Source: Eledone cirrhosa | Taxonomy: Eukaryota | Direction of reading: 5' to 3' | Assembly (NCBI GenBank): GCA_964016885.1 | Contig: OZ024742.1 | Span: 174,902,001 to 174,966,000, forward strand | Length of the DNA: 64,000 nucleotides | Shown: piece by piece, positions 13,050-27,169 of the stretch | Numbering within the stretch: position 1 is the stretch's first letter | Layout of the letters: every line of letters begins with the position of its first letter | Program-made: the position numbers and the translations under genes | Notes under the pieces: generated by a model | Seen by the model: only the letters and a program-made list of their open reading frames with translations | Databases searched by the model: none | What the model was told of the DNA's origin: nothing

Positions 13050-14368
13050 CTAAAATGGAAACTTAGAGTAGATTCTAGATACAGAGAATTTCTTTTTAAA
13101 AAAAACCTTGTTTCAAATGACAGCCTGTCTACAAACAAAGAAGAGAATATATTTTTATGAAATAGAATAAAAAAATCTACAAAAAAATGTTTTCTCTAAA
13201 ATTTCTAAATGGATGAAAATTTACATAGAAGTAAAAAAACAGTAATATTTTTCTTACATAATAGAGGGTTTATACATAATAAAAATATTTTAGTCAGGAT
13301 TTTCAAGATATTTTTTTATATATATCTGGCGGTCTTGGAAATGAAGGACAACCTACCTACAATATGTGAATTAAGGAGAAGGACATATTTGGGAAAGAAT
13401 TAAATAAAAATAAGCATTACTAGCTGCAAGCATTGCTACGTGCCGCCATGGCTGTTTAGTTAAATCTTAATGTCCTGTGCCTCACGGAACCACATTAGCA
13501 AGATATTCTTAAAAATTACAAACAAAACTATTTCTTCAAACTTTTAGTGAAATAATTTACCCAGAAAAATTGCTATTTTCTATTTTTTAAATTAAATTTA
13601 TCATCAGTAATAAAACTAATTTACTTTATCTGAATAATCTAAATAAAGCAGTTATGTTTAATGTAATTTTCATATTTAATTTCTTAAATTTAACTATTGC
13701 CATTAATCAGAATCATATACAAATGTGCATTGTGTTGATACAAGCTGTTAGTTTTAATGTTTTAACAAGATATAAACTGTTTGATTATAACCTTTATATT
13801 TAGGGCTAAATTCCTTTTTTAATTGAAAAAATGAACTTATTACAACAACATTAGTCAATCATTGATAGAGTAAACCATGATATACATTCTTGAGCAATGA
13901 TATTGAACAGCATATATATTATTGAACAATATATGCATCATAGCTATATAAAACTTCCCAAACAAATTGTAGATTGTTTGAGTTGTGTAAAAATCATGAT
14001 GAACTCACTAGTACAGGCGTCAAGATAAAATGCAAATTGTGGACACATATGTAAGCCAGATACAGCACCTATCCCATCTTACCGATCAGTGGCTACAGTT
14101 AATTACTGATTTAGTCTCTGATAACTTGTCCAACTGTTGCAAATAGGGAAAATGAACATTAAATGATAATGATGATAATGAACATCGCAGCTACAAAACT
14201 AGATAGCAGTATCTATTCTCTCTTTAATCCTTTTAATTGTTTCAGCCATTAACATAGAGGGATATATTTTTTGAAGTCTGGAACTTATTGTATCGATCTC
14301 TATTTCTTTGAACCACTAAATTACTGGACCTAAACCTCAACAGGTATACACACACACACACACACATA

Positions 14369-14421
<53 letters not shown>

Positions 14422-14424
14422 TAT

Positions 14425-14767
14425 CATTTCATCATCATTTCATTTTACGTCCGCTTTTTCCCTGCTTGCAAGGGTGGGACGGGAACTGATTCTGGCTTGA
14501 TTTCTACAGCTGGATGCCCTTCCTAACACCAACCTCATTTACAGTGATTGCTGGGTCCTTTTTTTCCGTGGCACCTCCACGACCACTTTGCAGTGGAATG
14601 ATAGGGACCCCTGTCCTATCATCTCATTTCTACAGCTGAGTAAACTGGAGCATTGTGAAATAAAGTGTCTTGCTCAAGGAAACAACACATCACCCGGTCT
14701 GAGAATTGAACTCACAACCTTTCGATTGCAAGGCCAATGCTCTAACCACTAAGCCATGTGCCTCCAT
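14425..14767 (-). mobile_element. SINE family B: tRNA head, CORE-like domain and RTE-derived 3' tail, full length
   Basis: Minus strand reads ggaggcacatggcttagtggttagagca (A box), gagttcaattct (B box), ccttgagcaagacactt (CORE-like), and ends cccacccttgcaagcagggaaaaagcggacgtaaaatgaaatgatga. Confidence 0.85.
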
Positions 14768-15210
14768 ATATATATATACACACAAACAATGGGCTTCTGC
14801 AATTTCCATCTACCAAAGTTCATTCACAAGGCATAGGTCACCGTGAGACTGAACCCAGACCCACATAGTTGCAAAACAAGTTTCTTAACCACACTATCAT
14901 GCCTGTAAGTTACACATACACATGCATAATCAGAATATTCATCATCCTCATCACCTTCAATGTCTACTTTCTATGTGGCTTGTGTTAGATAGGTTTTAAA
15001 GGTTTCTCACTCCAACTTTACCAAATAAGATTAGTGAGGTTGGAAGAAAAAAAATTGTTTTTTGTTTTGTTTTATTTTATTTTGTGTTCTTGAAAATCTG
15101 ATCCCGAAGAAAAATAAGATAAAATAATATGAAAAATATATTCTTGTATGAAGGCACCATTCTCTATAGCAGTGCTTATTAAATGAACTATTTTTTCTTG
15201 TTTATTCAGC

Positions 15211-16114
15211 ATATATCATCATACTCATCATCACTGTGATACGTTTGAGAACGTTTTTCATTGTATATTTGTAATAATTTCATTAAGAAAATATATTTTC
15301 AATCCTTCTATTAGATTTCACATTGATATTTGGTCAAATTTTATTATATTAAATATGAGAAGATTGCACCTTATTTTACAGACAGAATAAGTAATATTCA
15401 TTTGCTTTATCACTCAAGTTCAGATTCAATATTCTTGTTAGTATAACTTGAACAACTTATATGAATCTAATTCTGTAATAGTACATTGCTTGACTTATAA
15501 TTATTAGGATCGCATCTAACTTGATTCTTTATTCAATTGTAGATTAATAAGGCATGCATTACACTGGATATTCCTCTCAAAAAGATATTGTTTGCTTTTT
15601 TCTGTGATAAGTTTGAGAACGTTTTTCATTGTATATTTGTAATAATTTCATTAAGAAAATATATTTTCAATCCTTCTATTAGATTTCACATTTATATTTG
15701 GTCACATTTTATTATATTAAATATGAGAAGATTGCACCTTATTTTACAGACAGAATAAGTAATATTCATTTGCTTTATCAAATTTTAACGATGATATGTT
15801 TATAGATTCTGTGTTTATATATATATATATATATATGTATGCGGCAAAAATATCTGTGGGAAGGGAAAAGGCCAAAATTACACTCTCTAGTGCAAGAGGG
15901 CTAATTTATAATTGTTTCATAAGTATGTGTATTGCACAACATTAGGTTTCAAAGCCTAGGCATAGGAGGAACTGCAGACTCTACATGGTGGTGCAGAATG
16001 CATTCATCAGCAGTACTTTTTGCACCACCCTGCAGATGCCACTATGCCTAGACCTTGAAACCACAAATGATATGTGTATAAATCATAATATATCATCATA
16101 CTCATCATCACTGT
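15211..16114. repeat. Composite insertion: 27-bp flanking direct repeat, internal ~180-bp duplication and nested hairpin
   Basis: atatatcatcatactcatcatcactgt at 15211-15237 and 16088-16114. 15233-15410 is repeated at 15602-15780. Inverted arms at 15945-16062. Confidence 0.75.
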
Positions 16115-16204
16115 TTCTATTACATAATACCCTTTATATTGCCAACCACTTTACAGTAAAATAATATATTAGTTTATCGATCTATCACTATATTTCTAGA
16201 TATA

Positions 16205-16285
16205 TCTATTTATATAAAACAGAGGATGTCTGTCTGTGTGTCTGTTTCCCTAAAACTCGAGAAGTACCCAACCGTTTTGAGAGGT
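16205..16285 (+). mobile_element. Orphan Helitron-like 5' end
   Basis: A|TCTATTTATATAAAACAGAGGATGTCTGTCTGTGTGTCTGT resembles non-autonomous Helitron 5' ends (TC start, AT-rich, (GTCT)n). No 3' hairpin or CTAG found. Confidence 0.45.
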
Positions 16286-16304
16286 GTAATTGGGTAAGGT
16301 CAGC

Positions 16305-19045
16305 TTTTATCTCCTCATCCCAGGTCTTCCATCGACATCTAGTGCTCTGCACCTTTTTATACAGCTGTCATCCTTCTTACGCATCACATGTCCATACCAA
16401 TGCAACCGTCTTTCCTGTACACAGCATTTGATTCCTCTTATGCTCAGTCTCTCTCTCAATTCATTTATGCTTTGCCGTTTGCGTATATTACTATTACACA
16501 TCCATCAGAGCATGCAGGCTTCGTTTCTTTCTAATCTACGCAAGTCTTCTACAGACAGCACCCAGGTCTCATTACCATGCAACATTGCTGTTGCTATACA
16601 CGCATCATACAGTCTGCCTTTCATTTTGAGGGAAAAGCATTTTGCAGCTAGAAGTGGCAGTAGCTCCCTGAACTTCTTCCATCCCGTTCTTACCCTAGTT
16701 ATTGTACTTTCCGAAAACACCTTCCTTCGCTGCTAATTCGGTCACCTAGGTAGCAGAAGCTGTCTACTGTTTCTACAGAGCTGTCCCGGAGTTTGGTGGT
16801 GGTTGTTTCCTGTGGCTATTTGCTGCTTGCTGTCCCAGCGCAGTTGCTACATGTGAAGCCTACATTCTTAGTTAAGCTTCCTGAGATCCCACTATATCTC
16901 TTGTGTACCGATTGTTTCCATTTGGGGCAGAGAATGAAGTTCCTACCTACACCTTTCCTATATAATGTGCAAGGCCATTTCCCTGAGGGGATCTGGGTTC
17001 TGTTTTCTCGTCTACTTACAAGGACCTTAGTCTTTGTCATGTTGACTTTGAGACCCTTTCTTTCTAGTCGCTGCTTCCATGTTTGGAATTTCTTCTCTAG
17101 TTCTACGATAGATTCAGCTATAAGTGCGAGGTCATACAGGAGTTCCCATGGGCATCCGGTCTTAAACTCCTCCATTATTGCTTGCAAAACTATGATGAAC
17201 AGGAGAGGGCTAAGAACAGAACCCTGGTGGACACCGACATGTATGCTAAATTCCTTGCTATAGTCATTGCTTATCCTAACTTTGCTGTCTTTACAGCTTT
17301 TACAAGCCATTCATCTACTTCTAGTTTTCTAAGAGCCCACCAGATTGTAGCACGGGAAACTCTGTCAAAGGCTTTCTCGAGATCGATGAATGCCAGTTAG
17401 AGCGGCTTACTTTTAGCTAGGTACTTTTCCTGTAACTGTCTCACAAGGAAGAGGGCATCAGTGGTGCCTTTTCCTGGCACAAACCCAAATTGCATCTAGT
17501 TTCAACAAGTCCCTAATCAACTGTGCTATAACTCTTTCTGTTACTTTCATGACCTGGTCCATCAGCTTTATTCCTCTATATTTTCCCCTATCTAGTGCAT
17601 CACCTTTAACCTTGTAGCAGTTGACAATGATGCTGCTGCACCAATCTTTTGGTATGGCCCCCTCTAGTATTACCTGGTTAACGATACGTGTGGTTATAGT
17701 GTGACCTACAGACCCAGATGCCTTCAGCATCTCGGCAGCTATACCCGATGGACCGGTTGCCTTCCCTATCTTCATATCTCTGATTGCCTTACTTACTACG
17801 CTGCTGCTGACTTGTACTGATGGCCCCTCTATAGGGTCTACTTGGGGTAAGGTCTCTTCTTCCCATGCATTCTCCTCATTTATTAATCTTTCATAATGGC
17901 TCTTCCATGCATCTTTCATCTCAGCACTTGTGAGAGCACGCTCACCTTTATCATTCCAAATACACTTCTCTCCAATGACATCACAATTCTCTCTGACACA
18001 CTGCCTCGCAATCTTGAAAACATCCTGTTTCTGGTCCTCATGTTTCAAGACATGCTTGAATTTTCTATCCTCCACTTCCCTCCTAGCTAAGTATACATGT
18101 CGCCTAGCTTCCCTCCTGGTCTCTATGTAATGTACCCTGCTTTCCCCGTTCTTTCATTCTTTCCATGCATGTCACTTAGCCTTAACTGCCTCATCTACCT
18201 TATTGTTCCACCACTAAGTCACCCTCCTCCTGCCTGTGGTCTTACTCCAACCACAGATCTCATCCGTCGCCTTTAGTAAGTTATTTTTTAGGAACTCCCA
18301 GTTCTCTTCTACATTGAATATCTGTATCTGTTCTTCCTTACTGTCATAGGCGTTGAGTAAAATATCTTTAAATCTGTTACTGCCTGAGGGGTCTTTCAGC
18401 TTCCAGATCTTTCTTCTCCAGATTGCCTTCTGTTTCCAAGTTTGTCTAGTTGGGAGGTACATTCCTCACTAGGGAAGGCTTTTGTGTTTATGATGGTCCA
18501 TCTATCACGTCCTCTGATGAGGATAAAATCTATCTGATTTATATGTGATCAGATGGTTGTCGAGTTTTTTGAAGTTTGTGTTACATATCGACATGTTATT
18601 GGTGTCGCAGAATTCTAGATGTCTGAAGCCTTCTTCATTTCTTGTGCCAAACCTGTGGCCTCCATGGACTCTATAGAAGCCGTCACGGTGTTTACCTACG
18701 TGTCCGTTAATATCTCCTGAAATGATTAGGAAGTCATTGTCATTTGTTACAGCAGTAGTGTGCATTAGGGACTCATAAAACCTATCCTAAAGTTTGTCTG
18801 GTAACCCCGATTGGGGTGCGTAAGCTGATATTATTGTGGTAATTGTTTTATTCAGGACTAGTCTGAGTTTAATAATTCTTGCATTCACCCTGTTCACTGA
18901 GATTACCTTATCTACCCATTTGTCAGCTAGTAGGATACCTACACCACCCATCCCATTGTCATTTCGCCCCCAGAAAAATTTGTAGCACTGACTTTTGCCT
19001 ATAAGGACTCTAGCGGACTATCCTCTCCATCTAGTCTCTTGAATA
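16305..19045 (-). mobile_element. RTE-clade LINE, disrupted (APE endonuclease plus RT)
   Basis: ORFs 18505-18765 (GDINGHVG, ICNTNFKK: APE), 17458-18075 (KATGPSG, YRGIKL), 16816-17310 (GVHQGSVLSPLLF) and 16307-16501 (RRLHWYGHVMR). Same family as 10672-12280; 3' tail missing. Confidence 0.92.
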
Positions 19046-19339
19046 TTTAAAATCTACTTTGGTTGAGTACTCATTTTTCTCATCTGTCAACTATAAATAG
19101 TGATAGTCATTTATTGTTTTATTCTTTTATTGGTTTCAGTTATTGAACTGTGGCCATGCTGCATCCCCGCATTGATTTAGTTAATCATATCAACCACACA
19201 ATTTATTTTTTCAAGTCTGGTATATATTTTCTTGAACCACTTCATTATGGGAAAGACACACAGATAAACATAGACACTGACACCCACCCCACACATGCAA
19301 CAAGCCTTCTACACTTTTTGTCTAAAATTTCCACTGACA

Positions 19340-19545
19340 AGGCACCCAGGCACCACGAAAAAGCACCCAGCACTCACTGTAAATGAGGTTGGTGTTAGGA
19401 AGGGCATCCAGCTGTAGAAATCAAGCCAGATCAGTTCCTGTATGAGCAAGGCATGGTCAGCCGACCAGACACTGCCCACAACAGGACAACCCGTCTAACC
19501 CATGCTAGCGTGGAAGAACGGACGTAAAACGGTGATGATGAAGGC
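19340..19545 (+). mobile_element. RTE-tailed SINE 3' portion
   Basis: aaagcacccagcactcactgtaaatgaggttggtgttaggaagggcatccagctgtagaaatcaagccaga, as in family B. Ends ggacgtaaaacggtgatgatga. Confidence 0.7.
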
Positions 19546-20029
19546 ATTGGTCAACCCAATGCTATAGTGGAAGACATTTGCTCAAAATGTCATACAGCAG
19601 GACTGAATCCAGAACCACATCGTTGCAAACTCATTAACTGCACACATGCATGCACTCATGCATGCACATCCACATGCACACAGAGAGAGAATATGTTCTA
19701 GAATATTTAACCTCACATTTTTTGTCTTACATTTGTATTCCAGGAATTTCAAATAAACCATTTAAGACATATTATTAGGTTTGTATGTGACAGACTGACT
19801 ACATGGCAGTACAGTTGTTGTCTATTACTTCTGACAGAATTGGACTGAATTTTATCTTTGATAATCTGAGTTAGCACTGTGTGTGTAAAAAAAAGTCAAG
19901 GTTGTCATTTTGACATGGCAAAAGTCAGAATTCACTCTTTTTAAACAATATATGTTAGTGAGGACTCTGAACAGAAATACTATCATGTATAAAAGACTTT
20001 TCAGTCTTGTTGAGTGCATGCCAACCATT

Positions 20030-20705
20030 CTGGTGCTGATTCGATGATAAAATACAACCAGTCCATGCTTTAAAGCAGAAGTGCTGGTGCCATAATAAAA
20101 AAAATCAGCCAGTACTTATGTAAAGTTCCTGTACCAGTGCCATGATGAAATAAACCCAGTACACATAGTGAAGTACTTGTGCTTGTCATGATAAAATATG
20201 CTCACTACATATTATAAAGGGGCAGTGTTACTGCCATGATAATATACACTCAGTACTCTCTATACAGTGGCAGGGCTGGTTTTACAATAAAATATATTTA
20301 GTATAATCTAAGTGATAATGCTAATGTTATGATAAAATTCACCCTCTACACTTCACAATATGGTAATGCTGGTGCCATGATAAAATACATTCATTACACT
20401 TTGTAAATTGATACTGCTTGTAACACAATAAAATGCACTTATTATAATCTATAAAGTGATATTGCTCATGCTATGACCAAATTCACCCAGTACACTCCAT
20501 TATGTGGTAGTACTGGTGCCATGATAAAATATACCCAGTACACTCTGAAAATTGGCTGTCATTATGATGATTATCTATCCACAGAAAGTGTGCCAAAATA
20601 AAGAACATGTGAGCAAAATGTAATTGTCTGACCCATCCAGGCTTGAACTGTGATAACCCATCCAACCCATGCCAGCATGGAAAGCAGATGTAAAATAATT
20701 ATGCT
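20030..20705 (+). repeat. ~45-bp minisatellite expanded within an RTE-tailed SINE remnant
   Basis: About 11 degenerate units of gtgccatgataaaatacacccagtacact..aaagtgg, ending in the SINE tail aacccatgccagcatggaaagcagatgtaaaat. Confidence 0.65.
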
Positions 20706-21372
20706 CATGCTGATATGTATTTACTGACCCTTCAAGAATGAATTAATGGATGGTTATGCAACAAATATTGATAGATTTTTCTTTGAAATCTGTTTGAAAA
20801 TCAATCAATGAAGCATTGCCTTTAATGTACAGTATCTTCTACAATCTTAATACCTGATTTTACAATTCATTGAATGAGTACATCCATTATTGGCTAGTGA
20901 AAAATGTTATAGTTTTATAACATAGCAAGCATGTGAGGTAAAGGGTGTCATGTGAACAGCTTCTAAAGAAAGTAGCCTTAGACTCTTTGCAAGTTATATT
21001 GTTTTACAATTAGCACAGCATGTCAGGAATAAATTTTATGTTGAATAACAATACATTATTTAGATATTGTTCAGTTGTGAGTGCCATGCCATTTCCCCCC
21101 CAGAGGATCTCTGCTGCATGATGTACAGAGATCAAAGATTTTAGATAAATGAAACTTCTGACGAATGAAATGCACTTTCCATTTCTATACACAAGCATTT
21201 CCAGAATGTGAAAAATGAAAGAAAAAAAATCAGTCAAATATCTGTTGCTAATGTCTCAACTCAATAAGTGAATTTGTTTAGCACAGTGTTTCTGTTGCTG
21301 CAACCCTTTAGCTCTAGAAATTAATTTACCCATCGAGGTATTCCAATCTTCTTTAAGGATTTGTAATCACTG

Positions 21373-21374
<2 letters not shown>

Positions 21375-21410
<36 letters not shown>

Positions 21411-21599
21411 ATAGAGTGGAAAACACATATGTATGTATGTGTGTGTATGTATATATTTATATATATACAATAGTGTAGAAAAACGCATACATATATATAT
21501 ATATATAATATATATATGTATATAATATATATATATTATATAATATATATATATTATATATATATATATATATATAATATATATATATATAATATATAT

Positions 21600-21642
<43 letters not shown>

Positions 21643-21700
21643 TATATATATATACACACAAACACCTGCACTCACACATAAATATATATTATATATATAT
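21375..21700. repeat. (TA)n microsatellite complex
   Basis: Directly visible. Confidence 0.95.
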
Positions 21701-23903
21701 ATCAGGTTTACCTCTTTCTGTTCTTCATGGGTGTACACACTTGTAACTTGTCATGAATCATTAACCCATTGCACTTCCATGTAACTTTTATCTCAATGTA
21801 GACAGCTTCTTGGAAAATTGCTTGCTTCTATCACGTCAAAAATATTTTATTGATATAAAAATGGCTAAAAGATTCCTCTATAAGTTGTTAGAAGAAGAAT
21901 GGGTGGTTGAGAGTATTCAGTGATGTAACACAGAAATACATTCTCAGCATTTTAAAGTTCTTAGAAACCGTCATGAATATATTCTGTTCAAATTGATGCA
22001 TCCACTTAAAATTTTCCATGAAATGGAGAATGTGCATGGCATAATGACCAAGATGTTGGTCTTATGATTGTAAGGTCATGAGTTCTATACCTAAACAAGG
22101 TGGCCTGTTATGTCCTTCAGCAAGACTCTATATTTTACATACCAACATTCCACACAAACGGAAACAAAAATTGCAATGACACTGGTACAAAGCTGTATCA
22201 GCTTCTGTTTTCCCCTTAAACAACATCAGCGGCATGGAGAGCAAGAACTGGCATACATAGGAAACTGCTTGCCACCACAAAACCACCATGCCCAGGCTTG
22301 TGCCTTGGAGAAAAACTTTCCAGGTGCAAACTCATGATCAATCAGAACAACTACAACTTATAACCAGTGGTTACCTAGTAGTTGTAGCAAGTACATTAAG
22401 GCCATTTGACACTGCTAAAATGGGGGTTATCCTGGCACACTCTATAACTGGTTTAATTATATACACCATAGGGATCTTTCTGAAACAATTTTCTATAGCT
22501 AGATGCCCTTCCTAGCACCATTTGATTTAGAGAAATCTTATACGGTTTATCTATTCTGAACCAGATACACACAGTATATTAATGACTACCTAATATATGT
22601 AGGATCTAATTATAAAAACTAATCAATTTACTTTAGAGTGTACCCATCTATACAATACACCTTTCATAGCACAATATAAAAATAATGATTTCACATGTAG
22701 GTACAAGGCCAGCAATGTTTAATGAGGAGAAAGTCAATTAAATTGACTTTAGTATTTAATTAGTATTTAATTTTATTTTATTGACTCTGGAAGGATGAAA
22801 GTCAGAGTTAACCTCAGAGCAATTTGAACTCAGAACAATGAAAGTTGCAACTAAATACTGCACAGAATTTTGTCCAATGATCTTCCAATTCTGCCAGTCC
22901 ACCACCCCCACAATAGGAAAATAATTGTAACAGTTTATGATTTTTTACCTTAATTTCATTTCAGAGAATTTTTGAAAAAGTAAAAAGCAACATAATAACA
23001 GCCTTATTAGTTTGTATAAAAGGTTTCTGTAACTTCATTTCAGTAACAAATAATACACCATCTGTCTAACATTTTGTTGGGGACAACCCAAAGAGGACTT
23101 TCTAATTAATTAATAGCCAAAAGAAGGTGATGGATGAACATTATTGTTAGAGCATCTAACTGATTTTTAGCATTTAGTTACAGCCTTATAAAATATCAGT
23201 CCAAATCCTGCTGAAGTCATCTTTGCCTTTCATCTTTCCAAACTTGATAAGATAAAGCTCTGGTCATGTACTAGGGTCAATATAGTGATATTCCCCTCCC
23301 CCAAAATTTGCTAGCTTTGTGCCAAAATAATAAATCGTTAATTAATAGCCAAAGGAATTTAATAGGTAGTATCAATGATGATGATGTCTAATAGATTCTT
23401 TATCTGTTTCAATGATAAACACTCAACTGTTCAATCAACTGAACGTATATCTTCTGAATTAACATGTAAGTTGTTGAGTATTCCACAGACATATGTACAG
23501 TTAACATGACACAATGTAATAAGATTAGACCCTTGAATTGCAGCCATACTCATTTGTCTGCTCAGGTTCACTCACAAATTTTGGGTTACCAAGACCATGG
23601 TAAAAAATCGATGCCCATGATACCACACAGAGGAAGACCTCATGATTGCAAAGTAAACTTCTTAAGCATCTAATCATGCATGTTACACAATATATATGCA
23701 GTCCACACCTTGTCTAGATATCTTGTAATCAACATATACTAAAGTCATGGATTTCTATGTTATATAACTATTCAATTTCTATATTTCTAACTAGGTTTTA
23801 GAATAACTTTGAAAATAAACAAGAAATTGAAGGAGTTAGTTATATAAATAACCTTATCATATATAGGATTATGATAGAAGGTTTTTAAATATAAAGAATT
23901 TAA

Positions 23904-24360
23904 CCCTTTTGAGACCAATTTTCCCAAAGCCACCTTAGGATATATGAATCAAAACCACTCATTTTAGTTCCTATTTAAAGTAAAATCTTCCAACATAATT
24001 TGATATGATTCTTTAGTTTTATTACATTACAAATACTATCTTAATAATAAAACAATTTTTAATTTTAGTATATCTTTCCAAATTCATCCTTAACCCTTTA
24101 GCATTCAAACCAGCTCTATCCGACCAGAATTCTCTCACCTCTTTCTGTCCAAACTGGCTATAACATGCTGCTCATACTGATGTTAAGGTATTGTTCTCAA
24201 AATAAATAACATCAAAATCTCATAGATTCGATATTATGTGAGATAAAACCTTTTCTATGAAAATACAATAGCATATACAATAGTAGATATATAGTAATGT
24301 AAATGCTAAAGGTTTAATTCAAATACAGCATATTTCATTAGAAATATGGTAATGAAAAGG
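23904..24360. mobile_element. TTAA-flanked (piggyBac-like) MITE containing a nested second MITE
   Basis: ttaa|cccttttgagacca ... tggtaatgaaaagg|ttaa. Related ends occur at about 33945-33961, 57184-57442 and 57468. Confidence 0.55.
24094..24313. mobile_element. TTAA-flanked 220-bp MITE
   Basis: TIR ccctttagcatt / aatgctaaaggt with TTAA on both sides. A second copy lies at 25694-25913. Confidence 0.75.
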
Positions 24361-25439
24361 TTAAAACAAACAGCTTTCTATCATAGAACCAGGGGTGGTT
24401 TGGGCTTTTTTGACATTAAAAGTCTTAAAGAGAGAAACTGTCTCAGTATAATTACTGGAATTGTACCAATTTTCAATACCTTTCAAGTTTATAGTTATAA
24501 TGTAGTGGTTTTATTTACTTTATCTAAAATGGTTCCTTACTATTTCTGACAAATTTCTATTTTTAATACTGTAAAAATGTTTTTGTATTAATTGTAATCA
24601 TTGTAAATATTTTAAATGAACATTTTTTCCCTTTATTATAGGTATCATAAATTAAAAAATATTTCAAAGATAAAAGTTGTTAACCTACACTTTGTAGTGT
24701 TTGGTTATGTCATAGTTTCATTTCTACATATTATAAACATGTTAAATAATAACAACATAAAAATATACTTTTGTTGTTTAATGCTTGCTGGAAACCTTTT
24801 TTATTTTTCTATTTGTACAAAAATTATCGAAAATTAAATCATTAAAATTTTTTTTAGATGAAACAACAACTTTAAAAATTACAACTTTCAAACTCTAATG
24901 AAAGCATATACCCACGCAAAATTTGATTTCAAATAACATGAAAGATAGTTCATTAGAAAAGTTGACTGATTGTTTAGACTTAATGAGTTTAGTTTGGACT
25001 CTAATTCTGACAAAATTGATTTCACTTTGATATTTTTGTTTTCAAAGACTATTTGAATTAAAAGTATTACACCTATGTAGAATACATATATACATGTCTA
25101 TCTATATATACACATAAATTGTTTGTACCTATACAAAAACTGCAATGAGTGTTTTTAGGGTGGACCTCATGACACACGTCTCCATTTTACTCTATCATCT
25201 GTATTCTTACTGGCTTTCATTTCCTCACATGAATCTAGTTTAGAATAGGCACACCATATCTCTGCATGTCACAAGAGGTGGCTAAAGCGTCAGTGCAAGG
25301 AAGGGCATCTGGTCATATAACAATGCCTCGCACACAGATACAATGCATGCAAAATCAACATACATATAAAATAACATTATAAGCAATTTCATTTTAACAA
25401 ACTTAACATTGTTTCCATTATAATATATGTAAATAAAAG

Positions 25440-25610
25440 TACTGTGATTCCCGGCGTCGTAGATGCTACCTTTTCCCTAAAATAAGTCTTGAAAATCTAC
25501 CATGCATCTTGGAGGCTGAAAGTTGTTTATTTTCTTTTTCAAATTTTTGGTTGTTAAAATTAAGATGCATCCTTGAGAACGAAACGTCTTCAGTGCCAGG
25601 AAATACGATA
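25440..25610. mobile_element. Tc1/mariner-pogo-type MITE, degenerate
   Basis: Imperfect TIRs tactgtgattcccggcgtcgtagatg / cgtcttcagtgccaggaaatacgata, with TA ends. Confidence 0.5.
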
Positions 25611-25693
25611 ATATATATTTAAATTCTTGTTAATATAGCCACATATCAGCTTCATATGGCCATAGGTGATTCAAAATATTTTTGCTTCTTTAA

Positions 25694-25913
25694 TCCTTTA
25701 ACATTTAAACCAGCTGTATACAGCCAGAGTTCTCTCATTTCTTTCTGTTCAAACAAGCCATAACTAGCTGCTTATCCAACATTAATGTATAGTTCTCATA
25801 CCAAATAATATCAAAATCTCACAGATTCCATATTATGTGAGATAATTATATGGGATAAAGTCTTTACCATGAGAATATAATAGTGAATATAGAGTACCGT
25901 GAATGCTAAAGGA
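25694..25913. mobile_element. TTAA-flanked 220-bp MITE (same family as 24094-24313)
   Basis: ttaa|tcctttaacatt ... aatgctaaagga|ttaa, colinear with 24094-24313. Confidence 0.75.
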
Positions 25914-27169
25914 TTAAAGAATTGAATATGAAAATATAATGAAGAACTGGTGCACTGTTTGAGGAGTTCAGTCCTACAGCCATGTAATTCTAGGTTCAAT
26001 CACACTGTGTGGTATCTTAGGCAAGTGTCTTCTACTATAGCCTCGGATTAACCAATGCCATATAAATAGAATCTGGTAGATGGAAGTTGCAGAAGTCTGT
26101 TGTGTGGATATATAAATGGGTAAAGTACCCACTTCAGTTATGTATTACCATGAGATTTACACTTTGAAAATCCCTTGCTGAGGCACATGATAAAGTTGAC
26201 TTATGCTTCAAAACACATTTCATATAACAAAAACACGTAAAATAATATCACATAGAGTAGCAGACAGGTCTAAAATCTGGCCCAGGTCTGCTTATTGTTC
26301 ATTAATAAGCTTTTTTAGTTGTTTTCTTTTACTCAGTCCAGCAGCCCCCCAAATATTGCCTTTATGCCGATAGAGCCAGTCACTTGATCACTTAGCACTT
26401 ATGTTTCCAAAACATAATAGCATAAACAAATTTATTTTGTCATTGTGCCTTTTATGTTCAAGGATAATATCTTGATACACAAATGTTTATCAGCATGTAA
26501 ATAAATATATATGCATATGATTATTATTTTTACAACTGCTATTCCATGCTTGCATGGGTTGGTTGGGTCTTTTGGGTCCTTTTCAGCAAAGCATTACTCC
26601 ACAAAAGGCGATCCTTCATCCTCACCATTGTGAGTTTCAGCGATTTGAGAGCAACTCAGACCACATCTGCCCAGGTCTTCTTTGGCCCTCATCTACTTTG
26701 GTTTCCTCCCACTGGAATTTCTTGAAACTTCACCCAGTGATCACCATTCAAACAGATCTCATGTCCATACCAATGCAGTCTGTCCCTCTCTCTCTCTACA
26801 TATATATATATCTAAGGGATAACAAAATATTGTTATAGGAAATCCAGTTAGAGGTTGTGAATACTTCTTATTATGGATAGTTTTAGCGTACAACGTTGTT
26901 TGACTCGACAAGCGGTTTACGTAGATGACGAGTTTATTTACCTATATGACGAGTTTACTTGTATTCCTATGTAAGTTCATCTTGGAAAAATAAAATTGAA
27001 AAAGTGGAGAATAACATGGTCAACAGTACAAAAAAGGGAGGATTTATTTACAGTCTAACAATTGTTTCTCTGGTAAAGAATAGGCACACCATATCAAGAC
27101 AAGCTTAATTCCATCTTATCTATTCCATAACAAAAAGTGTACCACTTAGATCTATTATAATATCACATG

